Assembly (NCBI GenBank): GCA_036785375.1
Contig: JAWMAR010000148.1
Location: forward strand, 744,001 to 808,000
Length of the DNA: 64,000 bases
From: Leucoraja ocellata
Lineage: Eukaryota
Direction: 5' to 3'
Both the position numbers and the translations under genes were made by a program. Below are positions 11,413 to 24,160 of the stretch, piece after piece. Below the pieces are notes generated by a model. That model saw only the letters and a program-made list of their open reading frames with translations, was not told the origin of the DNA and made no database searches. Every line of letters begins with the position of its first letter. The first letter of the stretch is position 1.

Positions 11413-13149
11413 TCTCTATTCCCCAGATATGCTGCCTGGCCCACTGAGTTACTCCAGCACTGTGGGCCCATCTGGGGGAGTTTGCTTTTCCATGAAGTTA
11501 CATAACATTCCTGAACACAATACTCCACTTGGGACAGAGTGAGAGGCTGGATGTGACCTCCAACACATTCTGTACCTCTGCGCTGTGCAGGCACTGAAGT
11601 CTGGAACACACTACAGGTTACCAGCAGTCCTCCATGGGACTGCCAGCTGGGTGTCACTGATGTCCAGCCAGCTACACAAGCAGAGGGGGCAGACAATTTT
11701 CACACAACATTGAGATACAAATGCAAATTAATTAATGAGGCAGATAATCCACTTTGTCATTGATGCAGGAGGGAGGAAGTATACTGGCCAGTACTTAAAT
11801 TAATAACTCATTTGTTGCCTTCAAAAGATACCATAAGCAGATGGCAGTGACAGATTTCATCATTTATCGACCACCGTAAATTACATATTCTTTTCACCCA
11901 TCCCCACTCCCAGACATCCCGCTCAAATGAGATGTAGATTACATTTTCTTCTACTTCAACGCTGTAATTGTAGTTCTTGCTAAATCAGGGAGATCTATTA
12001 CCAATAAGCAGAACCTTAAAGAGATGCTATTTTGACTGACTCAATTGTTATCTATTTCTATGAAAAAATTGGATTTTAAAAATTTGATATTCCATTGACA
12101 TTTATATGAAATGAAAAAGCAATTTGTCTATCTGCAATCTAATTTAATACTTTAGCATGCAACACCTATCCAATAATAAAATGAGAAATATTGGTGACTT
12201 AACCTATTTGAATATTCAATTTAAAAAACTGCTCATGCTTTGTAAGTTTTGATAACTGTATTGTTAGGATTCAGGATTAAAACAAATTCCACTTGAACAT
12301 AGAACATGGTTCAAATCCACACAATTCCTATTCTGGACATTTTAATTGGGGACGACAGAAGACAATGATTTTTCTCCCTCTGCCGTCTGCACATGTTTAC
12401 TGGCTAAACCCAGAATATTACTGATTTATAAGGTGAGCTACCAATAAACTAAATTCAAACTCAAAGCTCCATGATGTGAATATGAAGCAATAAGAAGGTG
12501 AAAATATATTTCAAAGTAAGCACATTGTTCACAGAAATGGACCAAGCTTGGAACAGATAATTGCAAAACAAATAAAGTCCTCTAGATGGAGATACAGAAT
12601 TAAACTTTTAGTCTTCCTATAAAATTCCCATAAAAGACAGATTTGCACAGGCCCACCACATCCATGTTAACCTTTCCCCTGTACCCCCTACCCCCCATAT
12701 AGACTAATCCGTCTATGCCTTGCCTATGTTAGTGTCTGCCCAACATCAATGATTTTATCCGATCCCACTTTCACATCAAAAGAGCATTGCAGATATCAAC
12801 CACTCACTGCAAGAAAACATTTACCTCAAATTCTCTTTAATTATTCCATTATTTTGCAGGTTCCAGGGGAAAGATTTTAGCAACTATTGATTTTAACACT
12901 CCTTGTCCGAATCCTGATTTTGTCCATTGGAAGAGTAAAACCGTGTTGTGTCAATTGCAAAAAAATGTTTCACTGTGAATGCATGTTTATTAAATGAATG
13001 ACCAAAAATTTGAGTCAAGAATGATTGATTTGTTCAAGTATAAACACAAAAATAGAACTAGACTAGAATTGCGGTTTGCAGCTACAAGCAGAAAATGGGA
13101 AATTGTGGTAAACGGAATACAGCTATTATTTAACATGTTGCCAGACAAG

Positions 13150-13470
13150 GTAGATAGACACGTAATGCTGGAGTAACTCAGCGGGACAGGCAGCATCTCT
13201 GGAGAGAAGGAATGGGTGATGTCTCGGGTCAAGATCCTTCTTTAAAGAATGACTTCATCCACACAGATGTTTGAAATGGAATCACTGGATATTTCACATT
13301 CATCTGGAGGGTATACCAGGCAGTTTAATGACTCAAGGCTGGAGTATCCTAGTGGGACAGCCAGCACCTCTTCAGTCTGAGGAAGAGTCTGGACCCGAAA
13401 TGTCACCCATTCCTTCGCTCCAGACATGCCATCTTCAGTTTAAATCAGCATCTGCAGTTCCTTCCTACAC
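13150..13470. mobile_element. Two inverted Penelope-terminal module fragments
   Basis: gctggagtaactcagcgggacaggcagcatc... and the opposite-strand cagtctgaggaagagtctggacccgaaatgtcacc. Confidence 0.7.
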
Positions 13471-13602
13471 TGCCAGAGAAAGTAGTTGAGGCAGATGACA
13501 ATAACCACATTATCCTGGCTATTGTTGATGATGCACCACCTGCTGGCATTCAAACAGGTCATCTCCCTCATGTTATGATTCAGCTACCGATGCCTCAACG
13601 TT

Positions 13603-13793
13603 AGGTGGACAAAAATGCTGGAGAAACTCAACTGGTGAGGCAGCATCTATGGAGCGAAGGAAATAGGCAACATTTCGGTCGACCCAAAACGTCACCTATT
13701 CCTTCGCTCCATAGAGGCTGCCTCACCCGCTGAGTTTCTCCAGCGTTTTTGTCTACCTTCGATTTTTCCAGCATCTGCAGTTCTTTCTTAAAC
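13603..13793. mobile_element. Palindromic (head-to-head) Penelope-terminal module
   Basis: Arms of about 75 bp, inverted about tcggtcgacc; same sequence as the termini at 50068 and 60993. Confidence 0.8.
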
Positions 13794-16634
13794 ACCTCAA
13801 CAAGTTAAGTCATTCTTAGCCAAAACTTTATAAAGGACTGATCTCTTGTTCACCGACTTTTGCTGCTAAATCTGGGCACCACCTTCTAACAAGTCCAAGT
13901 ATTTATACAAATTATTGAATGATCAAGACCTTCAGTGAAGAATAGCTGGCCTCACTTAATACAGAAAAGTTTATAGAGAGATTCGACAGAGCTGTTCAAA
14001 TCTCGAGGGGATTTATCTTTCAGGAAGGGAACAGGAATAATTACAGAACTATAGGCAAAAGACCAGGAATTGGGATTGAGTAATATTTTCCAAGAGCAGT
14101 CATTGACACAACAGGCATGACTATCATTGTGTTACTCCATGGCGATTATTATACAGGCTTCACCTCTAGGTGTATTTAAGACACTGTTTATAATAGTACT
14201 TCACCAAAATATTGTTGTTGACTGAGGGAGAAAAAAAAGTTCCCAAAGACAATAAGGAAAATAAATTTTAAGGTGTTAATATTATGTCACAAATGACAAA
14301 AATACAGAGCTAAAAAATAAAATGGGTGTTCTCCATTATAAGATTCATAATTTTGTTCCTGTTTTGATCTTTGATTTTGTAGTCGCTTTCCCACACAAAG
14401 ACCACATTCTAAAAGATTAAAGGATCAAAAAGTTAATGCATGGTGCCTGGCAAACTCCATCAATATTCATTCCTCTCTCCACCCTGGTGTTGCTTAATTA
14501 ACCTTTTCACACGCCTAGCTTCCTTCCTTTTATAACATTTGGCTGTTTTTTGTCCTCCTTAGTGTTCCACTGTCAAATAAATGTTTATGCTAAACAAATC
14601 CAGTATAAACTCAGGAACTTATAAATTCATGCTCTTTTTCCCCCAACCAGAAATGACATCTAAGTCAGTCAGACTGTGTATGGATGGAGATTAGCATGAT
14701 GGAGCTGATAATAGCTGCCTAAACTTCCAGATAATAACTATGCTGTTACGTTTTGAAACATTTAATATGTCAAGCAGGGAAAACTCGTAAGTTCGTAAAA
14801 TCGAAGTTACAATTATGAATCAGAAAATGTATAAAAGTACAATACGTGTAAATGAAAAAAGGGAAGGTATCTTAATTTATTTATAGGGAGAACTCTATAA
14901 ATGTAGCTACACAACAGTTAAAGGGATGAATCTTCTCTTATTTACTCCCACCATAATATATTCTATCACAACGGTGGAAAATACCTGAATATCTTTTACA
15001 AGTTTATAACTTTTAAAAGCTCGCCTTTTCGACACCAAATAAAGCAATGTTTAATAAAGCATAGCTGCTAGCCGCACACCAGAGATTTCCCATTTTGTCA
15101 TCAAGCCAAATTGTATTTACTTTTTGATAGTAAGTCCACACAGAAAATGCAAGCCAGCTCTTGCTTTCTGTTCAACCCCCATTCAACTTCCATTCTGTAC
15201 TGAAGTACATGATTGGGGGCCAGCTGGTGGTCCAGTGCTAGACTCACCAGCAAGGCCAGGGCCAGAACTATGATGTGCTGAGCTGAGATCTTGGATCACT
15301 TGGTAGTCATCTCATCCCTCAGCCGTCCCGTCCCCTCAGCTGTATGCCCGCCATGACCGATTAGCACAAGCCAACTTGTGAACAGATTTAAAGACCCTGT
15401 GGAAAAAAATGTTGGTGATTCATTGCTTTACTTATATTCTTATTTTGAATTACTTATTATTTTATGACTTTTAGGTCCTCCGGGTTACAGCACGGTTCCA
15501 TCCTTGCGAACTGTACGTAACCCAAACAGTTCACGTTGAAAATGCCAGACATGAACCAAGTTCCCAGACGGCAGTAGATACCTGCATTCCTGCAGAATCT
15601 GCCAAATCCATCCCATTAGTCTCCCAAACGCTGACTCGTATGTACAGGCAGGACATAAATCGCACATTTGTAAGCTGTGGAGTACCTGTCATTTTAACAT
15701 TTTTCCATTATTTAGTTTTAATTGGTAGTCTTTTTGAATAACTTAGCAGCAATGAGCTAAAGACGATCAATGTGTGTTCTGGGTGTTTTCCAAATGTGGC
15801 AGAGGAGGCCTGGTCAAGTATAGAACCGCTCTCCCTCCTCGGCCAGCCTTCTGCAATTATTTTTTTAAACAGCACAATGAATTAGGTCATTAACCTTTCA
15901 GAAATAGTGATGCCAACTTTCCCAATGGCTTAAGAGAAATTGTAGCATTATGGCAAGAAGTCTGCAAACAGCCCATGTTCATCTTATGAACCATGTGGTG
16001 TTTAAAGTATATGGCAAATGCTGACTGGAAGTCATCGACTCAGTCCAACACAATAGAAGTAATGAAGAAACAGATGAAACTACATACATTAAAGTCTTAT
16101 AATGAAAGCATATTCAAACTCAGTTGTATTTGTCCCCTTACCTCTGAAAGCAAACTGCGATCTTGATGGGAGTGGAAATAATCTGCATTAATAGTTTCCC
16201 ATTTTCAGTCATATAAGAAACTTAAGCCAAATAAGGTTTAGCCATGAAAAAGCCATAATTTAGTATGAAAAATAATCATGTAAACGATGCATAAAATCAG
16301 ATGAATTTATTTTCTTTTGTCGAGCAAAGGTTTGTGTACATTTATGTTGACCTATGAAATCCAGCTATCAAAGTGAACATTCAATTTTATTTTGACTATC
16401 TGGTCATTTCAGTATCTAACCTCTTATGTTTAAACTTGCGCTTTCGTGTGCTGATTACAGATCTGCAAAATCCATTCTGCAACAAGCATAAACAGGCCAA
16501 TCATCTAAAGTTGATAGCAAATAAACCATTGTCTTCCCATGCTGTCTGTTCATGAACTTAAACAAAATCATAATTCAGTATTATTTGGAGTGATATTCCA
16601 TCAGCTATTTAAATAACATATTAAAGTCAGATGG

Positions 16635-16940
16635 GTTTAGTTTAGAGATACAGCTTGGAAACAGGCCCTTCGGCCTGAGTCCACACCAACCAGCGATCCC
16701 TGCACATTAACACTCTCCTACACACACTAGAGACAATTTATACTTATACCAAAGCCAATTCATCTATAAACCTGTACGTCTTTGGAGTGTGGGAGGAAAC
16801 TGAAGATCTCGGAGGACATATGTGTGGTCACGGGGAGAATGTACAAACTCTGTACAGAACAGCACCCGTCGTGATCAAAATTGGATCTCCGACGCTGCAA
16901 GCGCTGAAAGGCAGCAACTCTACCACTGCGCCACCATGCC
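16635..16940 (-). mobile_element. HE1-like V-SINE, full length
   Basis: Reverse complement of the 21944-22241 element; (gttta)n tail and tRNA-like head. Confidence 0.85.
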
Positions 16941-17172
16941 GGGTGGTTAGAGGCTGAATTTCAAACTGTCATTCTGCCAAAACAGTAGGAAGTTTGACAA
17001 CAGTAATTGTATTCCATTAATGTACCAGTTTTAATAATGAATTATCTAACATTGAGGTCATATAAATCTCAGTGATTGGCCTGAAACTGGCTCTCGATCA
17101 GCTTCTGTATATACTTCTGTATATACTAATAATTGGCTAATTTCTCAAATAAAGCCCGAGTAAAATAAATTA

Positions 17173-17616
17173 AAGGGCCTGTCCCACCAGCATGCGATTG
17201 CATGCGGCTAGCGTGACCAAACGTGGTTGCTTAAGGTGTACGGCCTCATGGGGCCGGTCCCAATTCGAACCGCGGAGACGTATGGAGTTGTGAGGGGCTG
17301 GTCCCGGCATCATACTCACCAATCAGCTGGGCAGGAGGCAGGCCTACTGAATTTGGACGTCGCACGGCGTCGTGCGGTGACGTCATCGCACAACGCCACG
17401 TGCTAGGCGTACTCAGTCAAGACAGGCCATTGACTCGCAGGATTTTCGTACAGTGCAAGATTTTTGGAGCCCCGAGCGATGTCGGGACCAGCCCCGCACA
17501 ACCCCATACGCCTCCGCCGATCGAAGTGGGACCAGCCCCGCGAGGCCGTACGCCTCAAGCGACCACGTTTGGTCGCGCTAGACGCATGCAAACGCATGCT
17601 GGTGGGACATGCCCTT
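17173..17616. mobile_element. Foldback MITE (non-autonomous DNA transposon, possibly PIF/Harbinger-like)
   Basis: Long imperfect inverted arms aagggcctgtcccaccagcatgcg... / ...cgcatgctggtgggacatgccctt of about 150 bp; no coding capacity. Confidence 0.85.
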
Positions 17617-19574
17617 GAGAGATCCAAATAGAAAAAATATCTACCTTGAAAACAACATGCACATCAAACTTATATCCAATTTTTTTTTTTTTAAAGATCC
17701 AAGAGCAATGGAATTCTGCAAAAATCTCCTGGATTAAATAACTTTCTTGTGCACTCGTGCTTCTAAAATCATTGTTTTTTAAAGGATAGTCATTCTTAAA
17801 ATAACTCCAAAACTAAAATGTTGTACTACATATTCACTCAACTGATGAAACGCATTAATATGGGTTCCAAAACATTCATTAATAAAACATCTGCTTCCTG
17901 GAATTTTCACTGTTAATGAGCAACTTCTGTTCACTCATGTCCACTTTAATGTACAAGCAAATGAAGGATGAAAGTAATTCATTCCTCTTATTTATGCTCA
18001 GCGGCTATGCCCAAAACAGAAAATAAACTGGCACTACTCATAAAAAGGTAGTACCAATCACCAGAAGTCCAAACCTGCAGAAAAACATTAACATCCAGCT
18101 AAAGATGTTTTTTTATGGTCTACCGAAGATTAAATTGCCATATGGTGCAGTCTGCCAGATAGCTATTCAACATAAACAACAGCATTTTAATCCACAGAAG
18201 TGAATGCTATTTGCACTGATCAGATTGGCAAAATGTCAGCGGATTAAAAAGTTCAAAACAAGGAAACACTCGTTGTACTTGGCTTACTCTAAATAGATTG
18301 TCACCGCAAGGTTACCGTTAGCAGAAACCTGCAATTGTAATTTCACTCTTGTGCTAGGCCAGTGCAATTTGGTTGCATCCACTATAAATTTTAAAAACCT
18401 TGATGCTCCAATGTTCTTCGTTCCAATAGGTAACTCTTCTCTAAAAACAACTAGACAACAGATTTCTCTGAATTTTTGAACAGATGGAATTGAAGATGTA
18501 TGGCTTTAGCTTTTGTGGGCCTATTGAGACATTTGTTGTTAAGTTAAACATAACTAAACCCAAAGCATTTCCAGATTTTACCGATATATAAAGATACACA
18601 AAGTATGCAAATATTGGATCTAAAATGAAAAGGATGTGAGAGAGGGTTGACAAATGCAATTAGGAAAAATAGATATTATTTTGGATATTTATTATGCTCT
18701 TACTGAAAATAGACCAAAAATACAGTATTTTAGCAAAATTTGGAAAGCTAAAAGCAAATAATATAATCCAAAGTCATTTTAAAGATTCAGAGTTAGTGTA
18801 AGATCATTTAATGTTATTATAAACGTGTAATAAATACTGAATTTGCAACAGCCCTTTTTTAAAATTTCTATTGAAATACTTAATCTTTCAGTTCTACCAC
18901 ATCCTGTCTGAAAGATTAAACTGTCTCTTTCTCCCCATGAATGTTGATAAACCTGTTGTACTATGAAGATACTTAAAATATTCTTGCAACGAATAGGGCT
19001 AAAATTAAGTTTAGTGATTACCATACGTCATGGAGAATTTGCTTTTTCTATTTGCTTTGGCTGGGAATTGGTGCTGGTGTAACAGCAAGTCAAGACAAGA
19101 GTTAAGGGAGTGTTTAGTTGTCAGATGTACTGACAACAGAACAATGAAATTATTATTTTGTCCAAAGACGTGCGGGTTTGTAGATTAATTGGTTTCTGTA
19201 AAGACTGTAAATTGTCCCAGTGTTAGTCGGTGGGGACGCGGTGGGCTGAAGCGCCTGTTTCCGCGGTGTACCTCTAAACTAAACTAATCTTAACAAGCCC
19301 ATAAACACAATACACAAAGCTAATATACTATGATTGTTAAACATGCAATAAATTAATAACCATAATACGTGAAGTTCTTAGAGCAACCAAATACAATTAA
19401 TCGAAGTTCACATTTGCTGAGGTTAGTGTTGTGTAGTGTTCAAACAAAATAAAAATCAAGGATAATTTTATTTGATTTAGAGATGTTGAATCATCGTCCC
19501 CTGATAAAAAATTTGAAGCAGGAAAAGTCGTACAAAAATGGGGAAAAGGAAAGAAATTTGATTATATTTTGAAC

Positions 19575-19775
19575 AGAAAAGGCTGGAAAAGACTCAGCAT
19601 GTCAGACAGCATCTGGAAGAGATGAAAGAATTCATTGAAGTTTTAGGTCTGGGTCTCTTCATTTGATCTGTTATTTTTGCTTCCTCAGTTCTGCTATGAA
19701 GTCTGATGAAGAGATGCGATCTGAAACGTTAAATTGTTTCTCCTGCCACAGATGCTGCCTGTGCTGCTGATTGTT
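19575..19775. mobile_element. Old inverted Penelope-terminal module pair
   Basis: gctggaaaagactcagc...cagcatct and agtctgatgaagagatgcgatctgaaacgtt...cagatgctgcctg. Confidence 0.55.
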
Positions 19776-20170
19776 TATCGACTCCTCGGCGAGGCCACCA
19801 GCATAATCAAGGATGAGTCTCACGCCAGAAACTTGCTCTTTTTCCCTCTCCCATCAGGCAAGAGGTACAGAAGTGTGAAAACGCACACCTCCAGATTCAG
19901 GGACACTATTTTCCCAGCTGTTATCAGGCAACTGAACCATCCTATCACCAACCAGATACCAGTCCTGAGCTACCATCAACCTCATTGGAAACTCTCGGAC
20001 TATCTTTGATTGGACTTTACTGGACATGCACTCAACATTATTGGCTTTATCCTGTACCTGTACACTGTGTGCAGCTTGATTGTAATCATGTAATCTTTCC
20101 GCGGACTAGATAGCACGCAACCAAAAAACATTTTCACTGTACCTTGATGCACAGGACAATAAGCTAAACT
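19775..20170 (+). mobile_element. Rex1/Babar-type LINE 3' fragment
   Basis: SIIKDESH..LFFPLPSGKRYRSVKTHTSRFRDTIFPAVIRQLN is a typical Rex1 C-terminus; gacaataa tail. Confidence 0.8.
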
Positions 20171-20801
20171 CAGCATTTTCCGTTTTTATTTGAGTTTTCC
20201 AGCATATGCAGTTTTTGGGATTTCATTAATTATATTTGACCTGTTCAAGAATAGACTTAATCTGCCATGAAGTCTAATTGATTATATAAATTAATAATTC
20301 TATGCAGAACAAGAATTGTTTAAAAAAAATCAATTTGCAAAGCACTGGTGCAGAAACTTGTAAACTTTGATCAAGAAATAAACAATAGGCACAGGCATGG
20401 AAATAGAACTAATGGAAAACCTATAACTATTAAACCTAATAAAGCATTTGATGAGGAACAAGTGAAGCAGGCTAGCATTTTACCACCTATGGGTTAGTTT
20501 TAAAAAGAAATGCAGTCACTTATTTATGATACTGACGGAAGTAAGTGAAGTATAGGTTACACAAACAGGATAGATAAAAAATCCAGAACATCTGTTTATC
20601 GTGGTTAATTTACGGACAAATGTTAGCAAGGCCACCATGAAAACTCACTGATCTTTAAACAACACCATGGGATCTTTTACTTCCTCCTAGGCAGACAGAA
20701 AAAGCTGTAATTTAACATTAGATCACAGATAGCATTTTAAATATGCCCTTAACATTCCCTTCATGCTAAACTGTTGAGATTATTTGATTATACACTGACT
20801 A

Positions 20802-21009
20802 AAGCCCCTGTCCCACTTAGGAAACCTGAACAGAAACCTCTGGAGACTTTGCGCCCCACCCAAGGTTTCCGTGCGGTTCCCGGAGGTTGCAGGTGGTTGC
20901 CGGAGGGTGCAGGTAGTGGAAGCAGGTAGGGAGACTGATAAAAACCTCTGGGAACCGCACGGAGTCTCCAGAGGTTTCCGTTCAGGTTTCCTAAGTGGGA
21001 CAGGGGCAT
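20802..21009. mobile_element. Palindromic MITE with termini related to the 17173 element
   Basis: aagcccctgtcccacttaggaaacctgaac.. / ..gttcaggtttcctaagtgggacaggggcat; flanks gacTA / TAgtc. Confidence 0.88.
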
Positions 21010-21789
21010 TAGTCTTACCAACAAGAAAAGCACATACATCAAAATCTTTTGAACAATGAAGTCTCTCCACACAAGATAGATTGCAAGACTTAGTTAAACA
21101 TGTGGTATGACCAGTGATTCTTACCTTAGATTTCTGACAGAGCATATCTGTGTACTGGAAAGAGTTTGGAGTAGAGTAGAAATACAGTGACAGGGAAAAA
21201 ACAAGGCCAAATCTCTAATTTGTAATTCTGACTGCATCTTAACACATTTTTCTATCATTAACAGGTTAGACAAGCTAAGTACAAGAATAATTATAAGTAC
21301 ATTTGACCAAGCAGCAGTTCCATGGTGACCAGCGAATGCAAAAAATATTCTCAGATTTGGAAAACACATCCAAAAAGGAAGTGGTGTGGGGTAGATTTGA
21401 TAATAACAATGACAAGAGAGGTGATCTGGGCCTGAATGAATAGCAAACAAGTCCACGCGGACACAGGGAGAATGTGCAAACTTTACACAGACAGCACCCA
21501 ATGTCAAGATCAAATCCAGGTCTCTGGTGCCATGAAGCAGCAGCTTCACCAGCTGTGCCACTGTGCAACTCCTAATACCACAACATTGGAAAGAATATTA
21601 ACCAAGAAATATATTCTGGTAAAACTGGCAGCAATTAAATGGAAATGGGGCAAGGCTTTCATCTACATGTAGACTGAAATACTGAAACTGGCAAAAGTAG
21701 TTGGGACATGGCTTCACTGAATGCATTCAAGATAGTTTCCTGGGGCAAAATGCCATGGAACCAACACGAGATGGACTGCCTTCTCCATA

Positions 21790-22900
21790 GAACAGTGCAG
21801 CCCAGCGCAGGACAGGAATAGGCCCTTCAGACCATGATCCCACCTGTTTGCACGCATTCAATATTCCTTCATTCCCTGTCAACTCAGGTGCCTGTCTAAG
21901 TGCCTCTCAAACATTGCTATCATGTTTGCTTCCAACACATCCAGCACGGTGACACAACAATGTAGAGATGCTGCCTTACAGCGCCGGAGACCCGGGTTCA
22001 ATCCCGACTACGGGTACTGTCTGTACGGCGTTTGTACGTTCTCCCCGTGACCGCGTGGGTTTTCCACGAGATCTTCAGTTTCCACCCACACTCCAAAGAC
22101 GTACAGGTTTGTCAGTAAATTGGCTTGGAATAAGTGTAAATTGTCCCTAGTGTGAGTCAGGTAGTGTTAATGTGCGGGGAACACTGGTCGGTGCAGACTC
22201 GGTGGGCCGAAGGGACTGTTTCTGTGCTGTCTCTAAACTAAACATCCATTGGCAGTACATTCTAGGCACCTGCTACTCTGTAAAATACATCTTCTTTAGC
22301 CTAAAGCTGTGTGTTCTGGTATTTGACACTTCCACTCTGGGAAAAACATTATACACCCGATTTATGCCTCTCAACTTTATACAGTTCCATCAAGTTGCCG
22401 ATCAGTCTCTGACGCTTGAGAGAAAACAATCTAAATTTGTCCAGCCTTTCCTTGCAGCTGATACCCTCCAATTCAGGAAACATCCTGGTGAACCTTTTCT
22501 GCATGCTTTCCAAAGGATATTTCCCAACTTTTATACTCAATATCCTGACCAAAGGCAGCAAGCATGCCATACGCCTTCTTTACCACCCTATCCACTTGTG
22601 TTGCCACTTTCAGGCAACTGTGTGCTTGCATCCCAAGATCTCCATACATTAAAGCTCCTAAATGTTTATATTTAATCCACCCAAATACTAGACCTCATAC
22701 TTGGCCTAATTAAACTCCATCCACCCATATTTCCAACTGATCTATATCCTGCTGCACATTTTGACAACCTTCTTCTGCAACTCTGCCAAGTTTTGTGTCA
22801 TTTGCAAACTTAATCAGCCCATCTATATTTTCATCCAAAACATTTATATACCAAGCAATAGAGGCTAGCACCGATTCTTGCACAACACCACTGGTCACAT
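21790..22900 (-). mobile_element. Decayed CR1 LINE interrupted by a SINE
   Basis: Minus-strand TSGVVQESVL..YINVLDE..IKFANDTKLG and LESMQKRFTRMFP..LFSLKRQRL. Confidence 0.8.
21944..22241 (+). mobile_element. HE1-like V-SINE, full length, with 7-bp target-site duplication
   Basis: tRNA-like head with B box gggttcaatccc; central V-domain; ctctaaactaa tail; ACATCCA at 21937-21943 and 22242-22248. Confidence 0.9.
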
Positions 22901-24029
22901 ACTTCCAGACTGAAACACACCCCCCCCCCCCCCCATCATGGAGTTGGTGGCTGAGGCAGACATAATAGTGGTATTTAAGACACTTTTAGATAGGCATATG
23001 GATATGCAGGGATTGGGGGTGTGTGGATTGTATGCAGGTGGATGAGATTGTCTTGGCTTCACATTCGGCACAGATGTTGTGGGCCTGTTATGCTCCACAA
23101 GAGACCCAACACCTCTTCTTATAGAGGAATAAGATTCCCCTCCATGATGCCACTATACTCAATGTTATTCTTCTTGGTAAATACTGATATGAAGTACTCA
23201 TTTACTTTCTCAGCCATTTCCTCCAGCTCCAGGTATAAATTCCTCCCTTTGCCCTTGGGTGGGCCTTATCCTCTCCCTAGTGACCCTCTTGATTTTAATG
23301 TATGCATAAAATGCCTTGCATTTCTCCTTAATCTTACTCGCCAGGGATACTTCGTGCCACTTTTTAGTGCTTCTGATTGCCTGTTTAAGCTCTCCCTGCT
23401 TGCTTTATAGTCTAGTTATGATGCAGGGGCATTGACTTCATTGTTTCCATTTTCTTACAATAAAGGTTGCCATTCGGCCCAATGAATCTACCCCAGTTCT
23501 CAGAATAATTCATGCCACCATTTCCATGCAATTTGGTTTCTCTCACCTGCCCATCAGCTCCACCCCAATTCTCCTCCCACCCACCAATACTATGGGCAGT
23601 GCAAGATAGCCAATCAAACAGCGTATCGCTGGGATGCGAGGGGAAACAAGAGGATTCAGGGGGAAACCCAAACACTTGCAGGGAGAACAAGCACACTCCA
23701 CTCAGATCGCACCAAGGGACCAAATGTGGGTTGTTGGAATTGAGAGGTAGGAGTACTACTTTCTAAGTGTGACGTCGACTAACAAAATAAAACATTGACT
23801 TGGTTTCTCTCCCCACAAAACGCTGCTTGACCTGCTGACTACTTCCAGTACTGTTTTATTTGATATCCAGACAATTATATACAACAATTCAAGCAGTAAA
23901 ATTCCATTAATGGAGCATGCAGGGATTCAGTAGTGCTTGGTTGGCATTTTTTGCAGACTATTGACTATTACTCCAACTAATATATAATTCATTTAATTCA
24001 TTATACATGTTACAGAGTAACACAAAAGA

Positions 24030-24160
24030 TAGGCACACAATGCTGGAGTAACTCAGCGGGACAGGAAGCATCTCTGGAGAGAAGCAATGGGTGACGTTTT
24101 GGGTTGAGACCCTTTAGTGTCTTATCTTCGGTGTAAACCAGCATCTGCAGTTCCTTCCTA
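24030..24160 (-). mobile_element. Penelope-terminal module
   Basis: gctggagtaactcagcgggacagg...gggtgacgttttgggttgagaccctt followed by inverted ccagcatctgcagttcc. Confidence 0.7.

Noticed and set aside
16142-16182. Possible 41-nt cryptic exon (minus; donor GAG|gtaagg)
   Set aside because: The acceptor lacks a polypyrimidine tract
21944-22020. tRNA-like A/B boxes
   Set aside because: SINE head; no complete cloverleaf, so not a tRNA gene
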